A stretch of DNA of 64,000 bases from Eledone cirrhosa. Taxonomy: Eukaryota. A model generated the notes under the pieces. That model saw nothing but the letters and a program-made list of their open reading frames with translations. It searched no databases and was not told the origin of the DNA. The number at the start of each line of letters is the position of its first letter. Position 1 is the stretch's first letter. This document shows, in pieces, positions 10,337 through 22,039 of the stretch. Location of the stretch: positions 355,880,001-355,944,000 of the forward strand of contig OZ024743.1 of assembly GCA_964016885.1 (NCBI GenBank), read 5' to 3'. Position numbers and translations under genes: made by a program.

Positions 10337-13102
10337 TTGTTGTCCTTAAATGCTCGCAGTTTATGCAACAAGATACATCTGTTCGAATCCTACGTCAGAA
10401 GCATCGACCCTGACTTCATCACAGTCACGGAAACATGGGCACATTCCTTACTCTGTGATGGGGTTTTCACCATTACTGGGTACAACCTTTTCCGCAAGGA
10501 CCGCATTAACCGCCGTGGTGGTGGTGTGATGGTCTACGTTCGTTCAAACTTTTCGGTAATTCCTTGCGTTGATTTGAACGAATCACAGGAAGAAGTTTTT
10601 TTCTGTGACATACGTATGACCATGTCAACACTTCTGCTTGGTGTTGTTTATCGCCCCCCAAACTACCATCAGGACACACAGCTTTGCGATATCCTCAGAG
10701 TTGCTGCCAAGAAAACAGCCACTTATGTGTTTATTGCAGGTGACTTCAATCATCCTGAGATCGATTGGGAAACCTTTCGTTGGCCACAGGGTGCAAACGA
10801 TTTCCTTGAACTAGTGCTGGACTCAAACTGGTCACAAGTAGTCACCTCTCCAACAAGAGGTGACAACACTTTGGACCTGATCTTCACCACTACTCCTGAA
10901 GTGGTTATCAGTTGTACTACTGAGGAACCTCTAGGCGACTCTGATCATGCTATGATCATTGCCAATCTGGCACTTGAGGGCAGCAACAAAAACCAGAGCC
11001 ATCTCCAATCTGCTTGCTTTGATTGGAAGAGGGCAGATTGGAACTTGTACTGCACTGAGCTACAGCGCCCAAACTGGCATGAGATGTATAACTCTGGAGA
11101 TGTGAACTCTATACTCCAGAGCATCCTGGACTCAATATGGATAGCGTGTGCAGCATCAGTGCCACGGAAGCGGAAAAATAACCACCTCAAAAGTGCAATC
11201 TGGGAAACTTCAGCAGTCCGACTTGCCAGGAAAGAACGTCGGAACGCTGAACGGGAATATAAACTGCATAGATCAGATGCCAACAGAAAAAAGCGGAATA
11301 AATCTTCTAACCATCTCAAGCAAGTGACAAAGAAGGCAGTGCTTGAATTTGAACAGTGCATCGCAACCAATCCCGACAGTAAGGTGTTCTGGAAATATGT
11401 TCATTCAAAGCAGAGACCTCACTCTCCAGTTGGTCCTCTTCGCAATCCCCACACAAGCCAGATCACTGACGATCCCAAGGAATGCGCAGAACTCATTGCT
11501 GAGTGCTATGCAAGTATTTTTACTGTTGAAAACCAGAATGTACCATCTCCACCATCTCTAACATCAAATTCCATAACAACTATGGAATTTACACCTGCAA
11601 TGTTGCGACGTCACCTTAAGAATAAGCGCAACTATGCCTCCCCTGGTCTTGATGGTGTGACATACCTGCTTCTCAAACGTGGCGGGGATTTCCTTTTGCG
11701 CCAGCTTTCTTTTTTCTTTCAATACTGTCTCAGCAATGGTGCTACTCCGGAGCAGTGGAAAACTGCCAGTGTCATTCCCCTGTTCAAAAAGGGCAACCGC
11801 ATGTCACCTGTCAACTATCGTCCAGTCAGTCTTTCTAGCTGTATGGCCAAACTGATGGAATCCTGTGTCAGAGAAACACTTTGGAACTTCTGGAGCTCTC
11901 ACAGCCTCATCCGGCCCTCACAGTTTGGATTTATCCCTAACTCCAGCTGCTGTGATCAGCTTATCGAGTTCCTTGAGGACATCACCCGGATCACTGACAG
12001 CGGCTCATGGGTGGATGTTGTTTACCTTGACTTTGCTAAGGCTTTTAATTCTGTGCCACACAAAAGACTTATGGCAAAACTCTCTGCAATGGGTGTGAGG
12101 GATGATCTTTTCGACTGGCTGAAATCCTTCATTCTCAGCCGAAAGGAAGTAGTCACGGTTCTAGGACAGCATTCTTCACCATATGAGATGTCATCTGGTG
12201 TACCACAGGGATCTGTTCTTGGTCCTCTTTTGTTTGTGGCATATATTAATGACATAGATGCCAACTTACAGAATGCCACGGTACTAAAATATGCAGATGA
12301 CATCAAGCTGTACCTTGAAATCAAAAGGACTGATCCTGAAATTTACAACTCTTTCCTACAATCAGACCTGGACACAATGCAGCAATGGATCACAGACTGG
12401 CAACTGAAGCTGGCTGTGGACAAGTGTACCACCATGCATTTTGGAAGGAAAAATCCAGCGTCCACATACTCCCTCCACAACACTGACATCAAAAAGTCCT
12501 CTTGTGAACGTGACCTGGGCATTACTGTCAGCAACGATTTGCGTTGGACAAAGCATGTCTCTAAGATTGTCAAGAAGGCCGAGGGTGTCTTGGCATCACT
12601 CAGCAAGACCTTTGTTAGCCGCTCTCCAGCCATCTATTTAAAACTGTATACAGCTATGGTGCGACCACACTTGGAATTCGCATCATCAGTCTGGAACCCC
12701 TATCTTGCTCGGAACATTGACCTCCTGGAAACTGTTCAGAGACGTGCAACCAAGCGCATACCCTCCACCAGACACCTACCATACTCTGAACGCCTTGCTT
12801 CCCTGGGCATGGATTCATTGAAGCTCCGACGTCTGGCAGTGGACTTGGTGAATACCCACAAAGTTTTTAACCATCTCGCCAACTGCAACCCTGAGCGCCT
12901 CTTTGATCTCCATGTATCTAACACACGTGGACATGCCTACAAGATAAGAAAACAGCACAGCTCCCATGACTTTCGCAGACATTTTCTCACGCTCAGAGTT
13001 GCTGAAACATGGAACAAACTGCCTGCGTCAATTGTTAGCTGCCGAGACACTGCATCCTTTAAGACACTCATGCTTCCCGAAATACGCCAAAACTACACCT
13101 GA
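10337..13102 (+). CDS. LINE ORF2: apurinic-type endonuclease + reverse transcriptase (CR1 clade), uninterrupted
   Basis: APE motifs NARSL, VTETW, GGGV, VYRPP, GDFN, PTR..NTLDL, SDH. RT motifs NYRPVSL, QFGF, LDFAKAF, GVPQGSVLGP, YADD, DLGI. CR1-type C-terminus RPHLEFASSVWNP, VQRRATK, TRGH. The frame is open from 10229 with no ATG before the endonuclease domain. Confidence 0.95.
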   Translation: MLSLNARSLCNKIHLFESYVRSIDPDFITVTETWAHSLLCDGVFTITGYNLFRKDRINRRGGGVMVYVRSNFSVIPCVDLNESQEEVFFCDIRMTMSTLLLGVVYRPPNYHQDTQLCDILRVAAKKTATYVFIAGDFNHPEIDWETFRWPQGANDFLELVLDSNWSQVVTSPTRGDNTLDLIFTTTPEVVISCTTEEPLGDSDHAMIIANLALEGSNKNQSHLQSACFDWKRADWNLYCTELQRPNWHEMYNSGDVNSILQSILDSIWIACAASVPRKRKNNHLKSAIWETSAVRLARKERRNAEREYKLHRSDANRKKRNKSSNHLKQVTKKAVLEFEQCIATNPDSKVFWKYVHSKQRPHSPVGPLRNPHTSQITDDPKECAELIAECYASIFTVENQNVPSPPSLTSNSITTMEFTPAMLRRHLKNKRNYASPGLDGVTYLLLKRGGDFLLRQLSFFFQYCLSNGATPEQWKTASVIPLFKKGNRMSPVNYRPVSLSSCMAKLMESCVRETLWNFWSSHSLIRPSQFGFIPNSSCCDQLIEFLEDITRITDSGSWVDVVYLDFAKAFNSVPHKRLMAKLSAMGVRDDLFDWLKSFILSRKEVVTVLGQHSSPYEMSSGVPQGSVLGPLLFVAYINDIDANLQNATVLKYADDIKLYLEIKRTDPEIYNSFLQSDLDTMQQWITDWQLKLAVDKCTTMHFGRKNPASTYSLHNTDIKKSSCERDLGITVSNDLRWTKHVSKIVKKAEGVLASLSKTFVSRSPAIYLKLYTAMVRPHLEFASSVWNPYLARNIDLLETVQRRATKRIPSTRHLPYSERLASLGMDSLKLRRLAVDLVNTHKVFNHLANCNPERLFDLHVSNTRGHAYKIRKQHSSHDFRRHFLTLRVAETWNKLPASIVSCRDTASFKTLMLPEIRQNYT

Positions 13103-13514
13103 TGTGCCCCTTCCATACACATGCACACATGTTGCACTGTTCATTTTACTGATGTTTGTGCATTGCCCTATGTACTGTACATGCACTTTTTTGATGGGTT
13201 GTGGTGCACCTGGGCACTGTGCACAATATTTCATTATTGTTATTGTTATTATATCATGACTCATACACTGTTTATTTTCCTGACATTTGTACATTATTCT
13301 ATGTACTATACATGCACCTTTGATGAGTTGTAGTGCACCTGAGCACTGTACACAATAATTTCATTATTTCATTATTTCATATACGGTGAAATGGCTATTC
13401 TTCATAGCAATGCTTTCATTATCCCGTCTGCAGGATAAAGCTGAAATATACCGTTCCAGCAGAGGGTGTAGAGTTTGCCCCCACACCATATCTCCTTCCC
13501 CTATTTTTTTCATT

Positions 13515-13810
13515 TCTGCTAAACCCCAAACTCTCTTTTACATATTTGTTATATAAAGTATAATTTCTGCTGCTGCCACCATCACAAGCATTAGCATCAC
13601 CACCACCAGTACCACAAAAACCATCATCATCATCTCCACCACCACCACCGTGACTAATTTCATCACCACCACCATCATTGTCTCTAACACAACCTCTTCA
13701 AATTCTCACTCCCTATTGTCTTTCACTCTGACCATCTATATATTCTTCACCTCACACACCATGCTATTCTCTCACTAACAGAAGCCCTCCTCTTTTCTAA
13801 TACAAACCTA
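13515..13810. repeat. Source segment C of the templated duplication (copy at 6411-6700)
   Basis: Direct match TCTGCTAAACCCCAAACTC...TACAAACCTA, differing mainly in the (ACC)n tract. Confidence 0.9.
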
Positions 13811-14197
13811 CCACAAGTCCACCACCCCCGCTTCATTGTTACAAACACTCTGATCTCTCAAAGCGATCATATTTAAATTAAAACCTTCCATCATAAATTT
13901 TATGTAAGAATCTTTTGTTAAGATATGTTATTGTATGGAATCGTGCCAAATTCTTGACTATTTTCAAAAATTAATTGAAACACATAGGCTGTGAATATCA
14001 TTAGATATACAATCAAGTCTCTCTCTCACCATCTCATCTTCCAGCTAATCTTTAGCTTTTCAACCTTCTCCCATGGCTCTACTCCCACAAACAGACAAAT
14101 ACACACACATGTATATATATACATCTACACACTCACACAAATACATACATATACATATATACATCTACACAGACACACACACATGCATACATATAAA

Positions 14198-14232
<35 letters not shown>

Positions 14233-14394
14233 TATATTACATATCAGCTAGGAAAAGCAGATCTTAAAACAATTATATATATACATACATATACATATGT
14301 TAAGTATTTCCGTAGAAAAGGTAAAGGAAAGAAGAGTGCTCTATGTATAGTACAGAGCTATTTAATTACATAATAAACAACACAATCCTTCATA

Positions 14395-14465
14395 TTTCAT
14401 CTGATGAACGAGCTGGACATTTCAGTAAGGATCGTCTAGTTTCCTGAAAACCTTTGGTAATAGAA
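14395..14465 (+). ncRNA. Type I hammerhead-like motif (family H2; extra A in the GAAA segment)
   Basis: TTTCAT-CTGATGA-[AGCTGGAC/GTCTAGTT helix II]-GAAAA-CCTTTGG-TA-ATAGAA, flanked by a 28-bp inverted repeat (14359-14386/14473-14500). Homolog at 29095. Confidence 0.55.
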
Positions 14466-14620
14466 TAATTATATTGTGTTGTTTATTATGTAATTAAATA
14501 AAATATATACATACATACATATATATATATATATGTAGAAGTTATATTTAAATTGTTGGGATACAACAAGCAAATATTTTTATAACTGATATAAAGCACT
14601 CAACAAGTATTTGGAGTAAA

Positions 14621-15005
14621 TATACGATATTAACAAATGGAAACTATATTTATAAAACCATATTTATTTCATTATACATATTTCAAGGACACCAAGTTGA
14701 ATTATGGTGTGCTTTCATCAGACAAAATATAATATAGATCAGTTTTATAAATAAATATTGACATACCCTTAAAAAATGCAACCATTACTGTTGGAAGCTC
14801 CTGGATAGTGGAGTTGTTTACTTATATTATTATTAGTAAATAATAATATAAGTATTATAAAAGGGTATGTCAATATTTATTTATAAAACTGATCTATATT
14901 ATATTTTGTCTGATGAAAGCACACCATAATTTAACTTGGTGTCCTTGAAATATGTATAATGAAATAAATATGGTTTTATAAATATAGTTTCCATTTGTTA
15001 ATATC

Positions 15006-15010
<5 letters not shown>
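14621..15010. mobile_element. Fold-back element with 150-bp inverted arms, each carrying a hammerhead motif (Penelope-like pLTR remnant)
   Basis: 14621-14770 is the reverse complement of 14861-15010 (one mismatch seen) with a 90-bp spacer. The right arm abuts a (TA)n tract. Confidence 0.8.
14903..14965 (+). ncRNA. Minimal type I hammerhead ribozyme (family H1); mirror copy on the minus strand at 14666-14728
   Basis: ATTTTGT-CTGATGA-AAG(C)ACACCA/TGGTGT(C)CTT-GAAA-TATGTA-TA|ATGAAAT: complete core, paired helices I and II, and a quasi-palindromic minimal helix III. Confidence 0.75.
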
Positions 15011-15048
<38 letters not shown>

Positions 15049-15678
15049 CAACAGATACTGGAACTCCATGGTAATTGGTTGTCGAAATTGATGCACACAA
15101 TTTTAACCTGTACCAACGGTATTTTACAAGATGGAAACAAAACAGAACTGATGTGAACTTGCACGGTGAGGACAAAGTATATATATAATTAAATGTTTGA
15201 CATTTAAGTCAAACAATGTGTGATGGTCAGTTAGACCCATGGAGACAAAAACAAACACAGAGAGAAAAAGATGGGCTAGTAGTAATAGCCGTATCTGGAC
15301 TGTGTAGTGTGGTAGTGCTGAGAGCCCCCCCCCCCCCCCCCCACACATCGGTGGCTATGCTGTGAGATGGGTCAGACTCCTCATATCGGTGCCTTCCAGT
15401 ACCGGGCTCCTAAACTATGGCTCCGCTGTGAGACAGGTTTGATGTGGACAGCTGGCCTGTCCCTCCGCATGATGGATCCATCCAGTCCCACACTGTAAAT
15501 GTGGTTGGTGTTAGGAAGGGCATCCAGCTCAAAAATACCTGGCCAAATTTATAGTCCACACCGGAGCAAGGTGCAACATGGTCAACCATGGCCAGACTTG
15601 CCTCCCAGCATGGATGACCTGTCTAACCCATGCAAACAGGGAAGTTCTGATGCTAAATGGAAATGATATATATATATA

Positions 15679-16020
15679 TGGAGGCACATGGCTTAGTGGT
15701 TAGAGCATTGGTCTTGCAATCGAAAGGTTGTAAGTTCAATTCTCAGACCAGGTGATGTGTTGTTTCCTTGAGCAAGACACTTTATTTCACATTGCTCCAG
15801 TTTACTCAGCTGTAGAAATGAGATGATAGGGACTGGGGTCCATATCATTCCACTGTAAAGTGGTCGTGGAGGTGCCACGGCAAAAAAGCACCCAGCACTC
15901 ACTGTATATGAGGTTGGTGTTAGGAAGGGCATCCAGCTGTAGAAATCAAGCCAGAATCAGTTCCAGTCCCACCCTTGCAAGCAGGGAAAAGCGAACGTAA
16001 AATGAAAATGATGAAATGAT
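15679..16020 (+). mobile_element. Young tRNA-derived SINE with an RTE-derived 3' tail
   Basis: GGAGGCACATGGCTTAGTGGTTAGAGC (A box) and GTTCAATTC (B box); near-identical to 33426-33770 and 61571-61910; (ATG/AATG) tail. Confidence 0.9.
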
Positions 16021-16519
16021 ATATATATACACACATAAACATCTCATGTTTTGTGCATACACACAGACACAACCCACATCTTTCTGGCTCCCATATATAA
16101 ACTGACAAACATCCCATCCTTCACTTTCCTTATCAATCTTCAAACCATTTCACTTTTCCAATTTAATCAAAGATACTTACCAAATGGTTTCTGGGCTCAG
16201 TTTTAGTCTGAAGACTGATTCCAATCAAGTGCTACTTCAGCACTATATAAGGCAACAAGGTATCAATACATGGCAACAAACTCTGGTTCTTACTTTAAAT
16301 CGGAATCGCTGCATTTCTGGAAATAATACAAAAGATATATATATAAGGAACATGATAATAAAAAAGGGTTCGAAAAGTGCACCTGGTATATATATATATA
16401 AAGGATTTTTATAACATGTACAAATGATGATCTTAGCAAAGCTTGCTCTCTCCATTTTGGATCTTTAAAACACATGTTATTAGGTTGAATTAATTTACCT
16501 GTTTTCATATCCTTAATTG

Positions 16520-16800
16520 CCTTACTTAATATACTACAGCTGGTCCCTGTATTGGGTTTACTTGGCGTAAGCTATCTTCTTCCCATGCATTTTCCTCTTT
16601 CAGTAGTCTTTCATAGCGGCACTTCCATGCCACCTTACTTTCAGCATCAGTGAGTGCAAGTACACTATTATCACCTTGGACACACTTCTTCCCACCAACA
16701 TCCCAATTTTCCCTGATACACTGCCTAGCAATCCTGATCACCTCACACCTTTGGTCTGCATGTTACAGATCATGTAAATTTCTTATTTTCTGCTTCCCTT
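16520..16800 (-). mobile_element. RTE LINE fragment (EN-RT linker)
   Basis: RIARQCIRENWDVGGKKCVQGDNSVLALTDAESKVAWKCRYERLL; homologous decayed sequence at about 59000-59160. Confidence 0.65.
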
Positions 16801-18198
16801 TGTGCTACGCATTGGTCAGTAGACTTAGGGAAAAAAAGAATTTGCAAGCAGTGTTCAAAACCAAATATTAGAAGGGAACCAAAAACAGACTGGGAGATAT
16901 GCAAGTTAAGTCTTTGTATTAACTGTATCAAGCCCTATCATCTGGAACATTTCCCACAAAAGTATGTATATGTTGATACTTATAGAAAATAATTTTTTTT
17001 TTCATGTTTTTGCTTACATTTTATTATATCAAATTGTTTATTTAATTTAATATGTAAATATGACAATTTTTACAATATCCTTTAGAAAATTCAGTTTGGA
17101 ATCTTCACTGAAAATGTCATGCTTTTATCTTAATTCATAAACTTAGAGCAATTTTGGTATGGTCATGTTAAAAAACTATCGGTCCTCACTATTTGGCTTA
17201 GGAAGGTCAGAAAAAAGGAGGTTAGTGTCAAATACTAAAGGAAATAATCATATATCACCACAAGGGAAAAATGAATTAAGGATATGGAAAAAGCATTTAT
17301 GACCAGTGCTGAGAGCAGAGAGCAAACCCTCAGCATGGAAAATACATCAGAATGCCTGACTGATGGGAATAGTTACAATAGCATCATCATTCTAGTGATA
17401 ATAGCATGGGTAATGAGGAAAATCGTACTATGGAGAGGACCACCAAACTTGGACATTCCCTGGTAGCATTAGCACTGCTTGGTATCACTGGAGGGAACAA
17501 TACTGTTGGAAGATGCCAAATACATAGAGATCTCCAGTTGACACCTGATACACTCACACACTTGCGTGTGTATGTATTTTCGCATATCATATATAAGATG
17601 AACAGGAACTCATATCGAAGCCTAAAGGTTCCATTCAATTGACTGCAATTGACTATACAGACCAGCAGAATGTATTGATAATAACAGTTGATGAATACTT
17701 TAATATCATGAAACCTTTAGGCTTGGATATGTACATAAACTTGTTTACTATAGATCTGACAAACACACACCAATAGACACACATACACACGTGTATATCT
17801 TGACACACAGACCCATATATATGAATGTATAGTCAACAAGTGTTCAAAGAGACTGAAACTCAAAGAAAAAGCTAAAAAACTTGAGTTTGTAAAGTAAATA
17901 TTAATTTATTATGAAATATGATAATTACCTTACTATTTATTGTACATGGGTGTCAAAACATTGGTATTTTTTCAAAGGCTTTAAAAATACATCTATGCAT
18001 TGAAACAGTGGCACATATGCAAGGCAACTATTACATATCATTACACATACATACATACATACATACATACATACATACATACATACATACATACAAATAA
18101 AATGAAGGAAGTGTGGTAAGGAACCAGGTGGACCATAACGAGTCCAGAAATAGCTGTCGAAACGGCTTGAGCTCTGCCGTCGGGGCCTTGAACATTTT

Positions 18199-18276
<78 letters not shown>

Positions 18277-18744
18277 AGGGAGGAGTGTGAGACTGTGTCC
18301 AGTTTATTATTTTTTTATGTTATTGAAATATATATTTCTATTTAAAAAATTGAGTTTTCTAGAGCCCACAATTAACATGGAATCATTGTATTGAGAATGT
18401 TGTTTATTCCCTTTTGATATTTTAACATGTGGAGATCTAGGCCAGAATTTTCGTTTTTCTTTGAGAAACATTGGGGAAATTTTACCAATAAAAATTGTAT
18501 TGTGCAATGAATATTATTTTGTATATTAGGTCTATTTCCATGCTTACATGAGTTAAACAGATTGACATGTTCTGAGTCTAAACAGGTTAGATGACCAGGT
18601 CCTTGCTTACATGTTCCATTTTGACATGTTTTTACAGCTAGATGACCTTTCTCATAACAACCACTTTACAGAGTGAATTGGGTGCATTTTATCATGGCAT
18701 ATATATACACACACACATACACACATATATATATATATATGTGT

Positions 18745-19139
18745 GTATACTTGGACACTAACATCACAACTTGAGAGGAGATTGGATGGCACATATACCC
18801 GCCTCTTAATGAGAGTGCAAAACCTATCCTGGAAACGACATCCCACCTTGTCTAAAATCTATGGCAAACTCCCTCGAGCCTCTGCTCTTCTAAAATCCCG
18901 GAGAGCTCAATTTGCTGGCCACTGTCACCGTGCCAGCAATGAAATCATATCCGCTCTCTTGCTCTGGAACCCTGACTCCAGCCTGACTAGGAGTAGGAAG
19001 CTGTCATTCCCTGACGTTATCTCTAGGGATACGGGAATCAGCAGACAGGACCTGGGGGCAGCGATGGGGGACAGGGGATTGTGGGGCATGAGAGTGAGAT
19101 CCATCATCTCGACAGTAGTCGACGAGTGATGATGATGAT
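18745..19139 (+). mobile_element. 5'-truncated RTE-clade LINE 3' end with a (GAT)n tail
   Basis: TWTLT...RLDGTYTRLLMRVQNLSWK..R.QFAGHC.R...LLLW.P, stop at 19129 directly followed by (GAT)n. Confidence 0.85.
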
Positions 19140-19149
19140 ATATATATAT

Positions 19150-19757
19150 ATGGTGGCTGCCAACTCGTTTTCGAGTACGGCCACTACTTTATATCCATGT
19201 AGGAGAACCCCTACCGATGCGCTGAACGAGTGTCACTTTTTAGTCCAGCCAGCGACTTGAAAACTCTCGTACAAACACTACACTTGTGACAATTATTGAC
19301 ACATAGTGCTGGGCCCATGGTACCATGTGACGACAAGTGCAGAGAGATCTCCAGATATAAAGCAAAGCCTGTGCTGTGAAGCTTTTATAGTGAGCAAAGG
19401 CACTGCACAAAGCCAGTCCCACTCTCTTAACCAAGATGATATTTACCAAAAAGAAGAACAAGTCAACATCATTGGATATCATCAGGGTTGCAGGTGTTAT
19501 ATCAGAGTTTTCCTTCTCCTAGAATTCTGCCTTGACAAAGGCTAAGGGGGTCATCTCTCCCAGTGATTTTGGATGGCCATTGACTCTTAAGAGCTCCTTT
19601 GACCTTTGACAGGTTTTGTTTTTAGTCATGCAGGATGTCCAAAGTCACCCTCCTCACCAAGAAACCTTGGTGGGGTTGCCAGTTTAGTCGCCAACGACCC
19701 GACCATGGGACAGGTTGTACTGGAATGCATGTTACCAGTAGCACCAACTGGTGTACA
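19150..19757 (-). mobile_element. Probable RTE-type LINE 5' UTR fragment; related copy at about 25590-25860 (+)
   Basis: Shares CTGGTAACATG...CCAAG..CTTGGTGAGGAGGGTGA...GGCCATCCAA...CTAGGAGAAGGA..ACTCTG with the second copy; GC-richer; flanked by (TA)n. Confidence 0.5.
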
Positions 19758-21411
19758 CACGTATATATATATATATATGTGTACACACATACACAGCAGA
19801 GAGCAAACTGAACAAAGAGCTTGTGTCTAAAACAATGAATCAGAACAACACATTCACAGCATGGCTGATTATTTGCCATCTGAATAGTAACTTCATGACT
19901 TGTTTATTTTTATTCAATTGTCTCTCTATATAAAATGAGGCAGGAGTGAGTGGGTTGTCTAAGCGCGACTAGCACAGTAATATAAACCAAAATACACTGC
20001 AGTAATCTAACCTCAATAACTATAGTTAAAAGACAAACTGACAAGAAAAGTTCTGGTGTTAGGAACAAGAGGAAAGTGTTAACTTTAGAAAATAAATTGG
20101 AAGTTATAAAAATACAAGAACCGTGGTGACAACAAAGGAAAAACACAGTGAGATTTGGGAATAAATGAAGCAACAGTGTGAACAATTACAACCAACGTAG
20201 ATGAGTGTGGAAAAAAACAAAAAAAAAAAATGTTAAGCTGTGCCAACTTCAATTATGCAGACAACTAGGAATAGAAGTATTATATTGGTTTGAAATAGAG
20301 TCTTTTATACTTGTGGATGGAAAGTTGCAACCAAAAATGAATTTCCCTAAGCACCATGACTATTAAAATGAAAGCTTTAAACAGTTTCTCTGCAATTAAA
20401 GAAAACCTAACCAAAGGAAATGAGATTCTAGCAAGAACTGAATAAAGTTTTACACCTAGTTTTTGGTTGGTTTTACAAATTCAAAATTCAAACAAAAATT
20501 CATTATATTTATACAACAGAAAAAAATCCCAATGTTTTTGAAAAGAAAAGAAAAATAATAAAAAAAGTAGGTTATGACTACAAATAAATAAATAAATAAT
20601 ACTGAATGTTGAAGAAACCAGTCTATTGTGGGAAAGAATATCACCAAAAACCTTTTTTGTTAAAGAAAGAAACATTGCAATACATTTGATACCCATCAGC
20701 CTGAAACTACCTCTCATTCTACGATACACAGCTGCTCCTCATTTCAGTGTGTTACTAATTACGTGTATATTAAAGCCTTCCATCATAATTTTATGTAAGA
20801 ACATGTTATTGTGTTCTAAACAATATGATCAACAATGTGCGATTTTATTAAATGTCTTCAGATTCTTGATTATTTTCAAAATTAATAGAAACACATTGGC
20901 AGTGTATTTCATTAATATTATGATAACAAAAAGTTAAAATATCAAAAGCTTGCTTAAAACCCTTTTAATACTAAATTGCTTGAAACTGCCCTTGGTTCTA
21001 TGATAAAGTTTATTTTAATGTGTTTATATTTATCTAATTTTATGAAAGAAATGTTGTCAAGTTAGGCTGGAAACACCAGCTGAAAGGCATTAATATCACC
21101 ATCTCTTCATCTCCAATGCACCCATTCCTGGTTTACCTATAAAATGTGAGGTTTTGGAACTACATTAGAAGTTATCAGTATCGCAACAAAAATATTGTTG
21201 ATACCATCGGTGTTGTTGCTAAAACCAGCTTAACAGTATCACCACCACCAGCACTACCATCGCTACAACCACAGCCACAATCACTACCAGCACTAGTACC
21301 ATTACCACCACTGCTACTATTACAAAGGATAGAGTCAGTGGAATTATTATAGAAACAATTTCAAAGCAAAGGAAAGAATGAAAAGGTAATTTTGGCAGGG
21401 TGGTGAGTGTC

Positions 21412-21412
<1 letters not shown>

Positions 21413-21476
<64 letters not shown>

Positions 21477-21650
21477 TGAGAACAGAGAAAGAGAGCAAGA
21501 ACATAGAGAGAGATAGAGAGAAAGAGAGAGTGTGTGTGAATGTGTGTGGAGAGAGTGAGAGGAGAAAGTGTACGTGAGAGAGAGAGAGAAGAGAAAGTGT
21601 ATGTGAGAGAGAGAAGGGAAAAGTGTGAGAGAGTGAAACCCAAATACACA
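21413..21650. repeat. (GA)n microsatellite and purine-rich tract
   Basis: Direct inspection. Confidence 0.95.
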
Positions 21651-21884
21651 CACATACATCAACTAGCTCACATTCACTCACAACAGATGTAATATTGCTG
21701 CTGTTGTTGTTACTGCTGTTGCTGTTAGTAATATGGCAGTGAAAATGGCAGTGAGCTCTGCTATATGCTGACATACAGCCAATCCATCAAAGCAAAGAGC
21801 AGTAAAGTCAGCGCTATCAGTCACAGACCTTCTGGCAGCTTTAGTACCTTGCCTTTTACTGCCCAACACCACCACCACCACCAC

Positions 21885-21932
<48 letters not shown>

Positions 21933-22039
21933 TCAGTACACTGAAACCTAGTGCAATGTGGCAGCTAACCAAATTTACTTCAATTTTCTTTCAATTTTGA
22001 CATTATACTAATGAAATATGCTCCCTTCCCTTGACACAG

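Larger units (their letters stand above)
8800..13380 (+). mobile_element. Near full-length CR1-clade LINE (ORF1 + ORF2 + 3' UTR + 8-bp tail repeat); 5' boundary approximate
   Basis: Two ORFs as described below. The 3' UTR (13103-13380) has an internal ~130 bp duplication and a terminal (ATTTCATT)n repeat. GC is clearly higher than in the flanks. Confidence 0.92.

Noticed and set aside
9181-12924. Antisense and alternate-frame ORFs inside the CR1 element
   Set aside because: Shadows of the real ORFs and of the CAA repeats, with no independent motifs.
15679-15750. tRNA-like sequences at SINE heads
   Set aside because: A and B boxes are present, but there is no complete cloverleaf and they continue into SINE bodies; they are not tRNA genes.
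17284-17642. Coding-looking stretch (HSLVALALLGITGG...LTHLRVYVFSHIIYK)
   Set aside because: Short, with no recognisable domain or convincing splice sites; it may be an old transposon remnant, but I cannot assign it.
18100-18200. ATGA-AGGA...TCCA-GAAA-TAGCTG-TC, a possible hammerhead remnant beside (TA)n
   Set aside because: The CTG of the core and the 5' strand of helix I are missing, so it is at best a truncated relic and was not counted.
19670-19757. Possible HDV-like ribozyme at the 5' end of the RTE-type UTR (minus strand, ...GGCGACTAAACTGG)
   Set aside because: RTE elements can carry HDV-like ribozymes, but I could not build a consistent P1/P1.1/P3 nested pseudoknot by eye; it needs a descriptor search.
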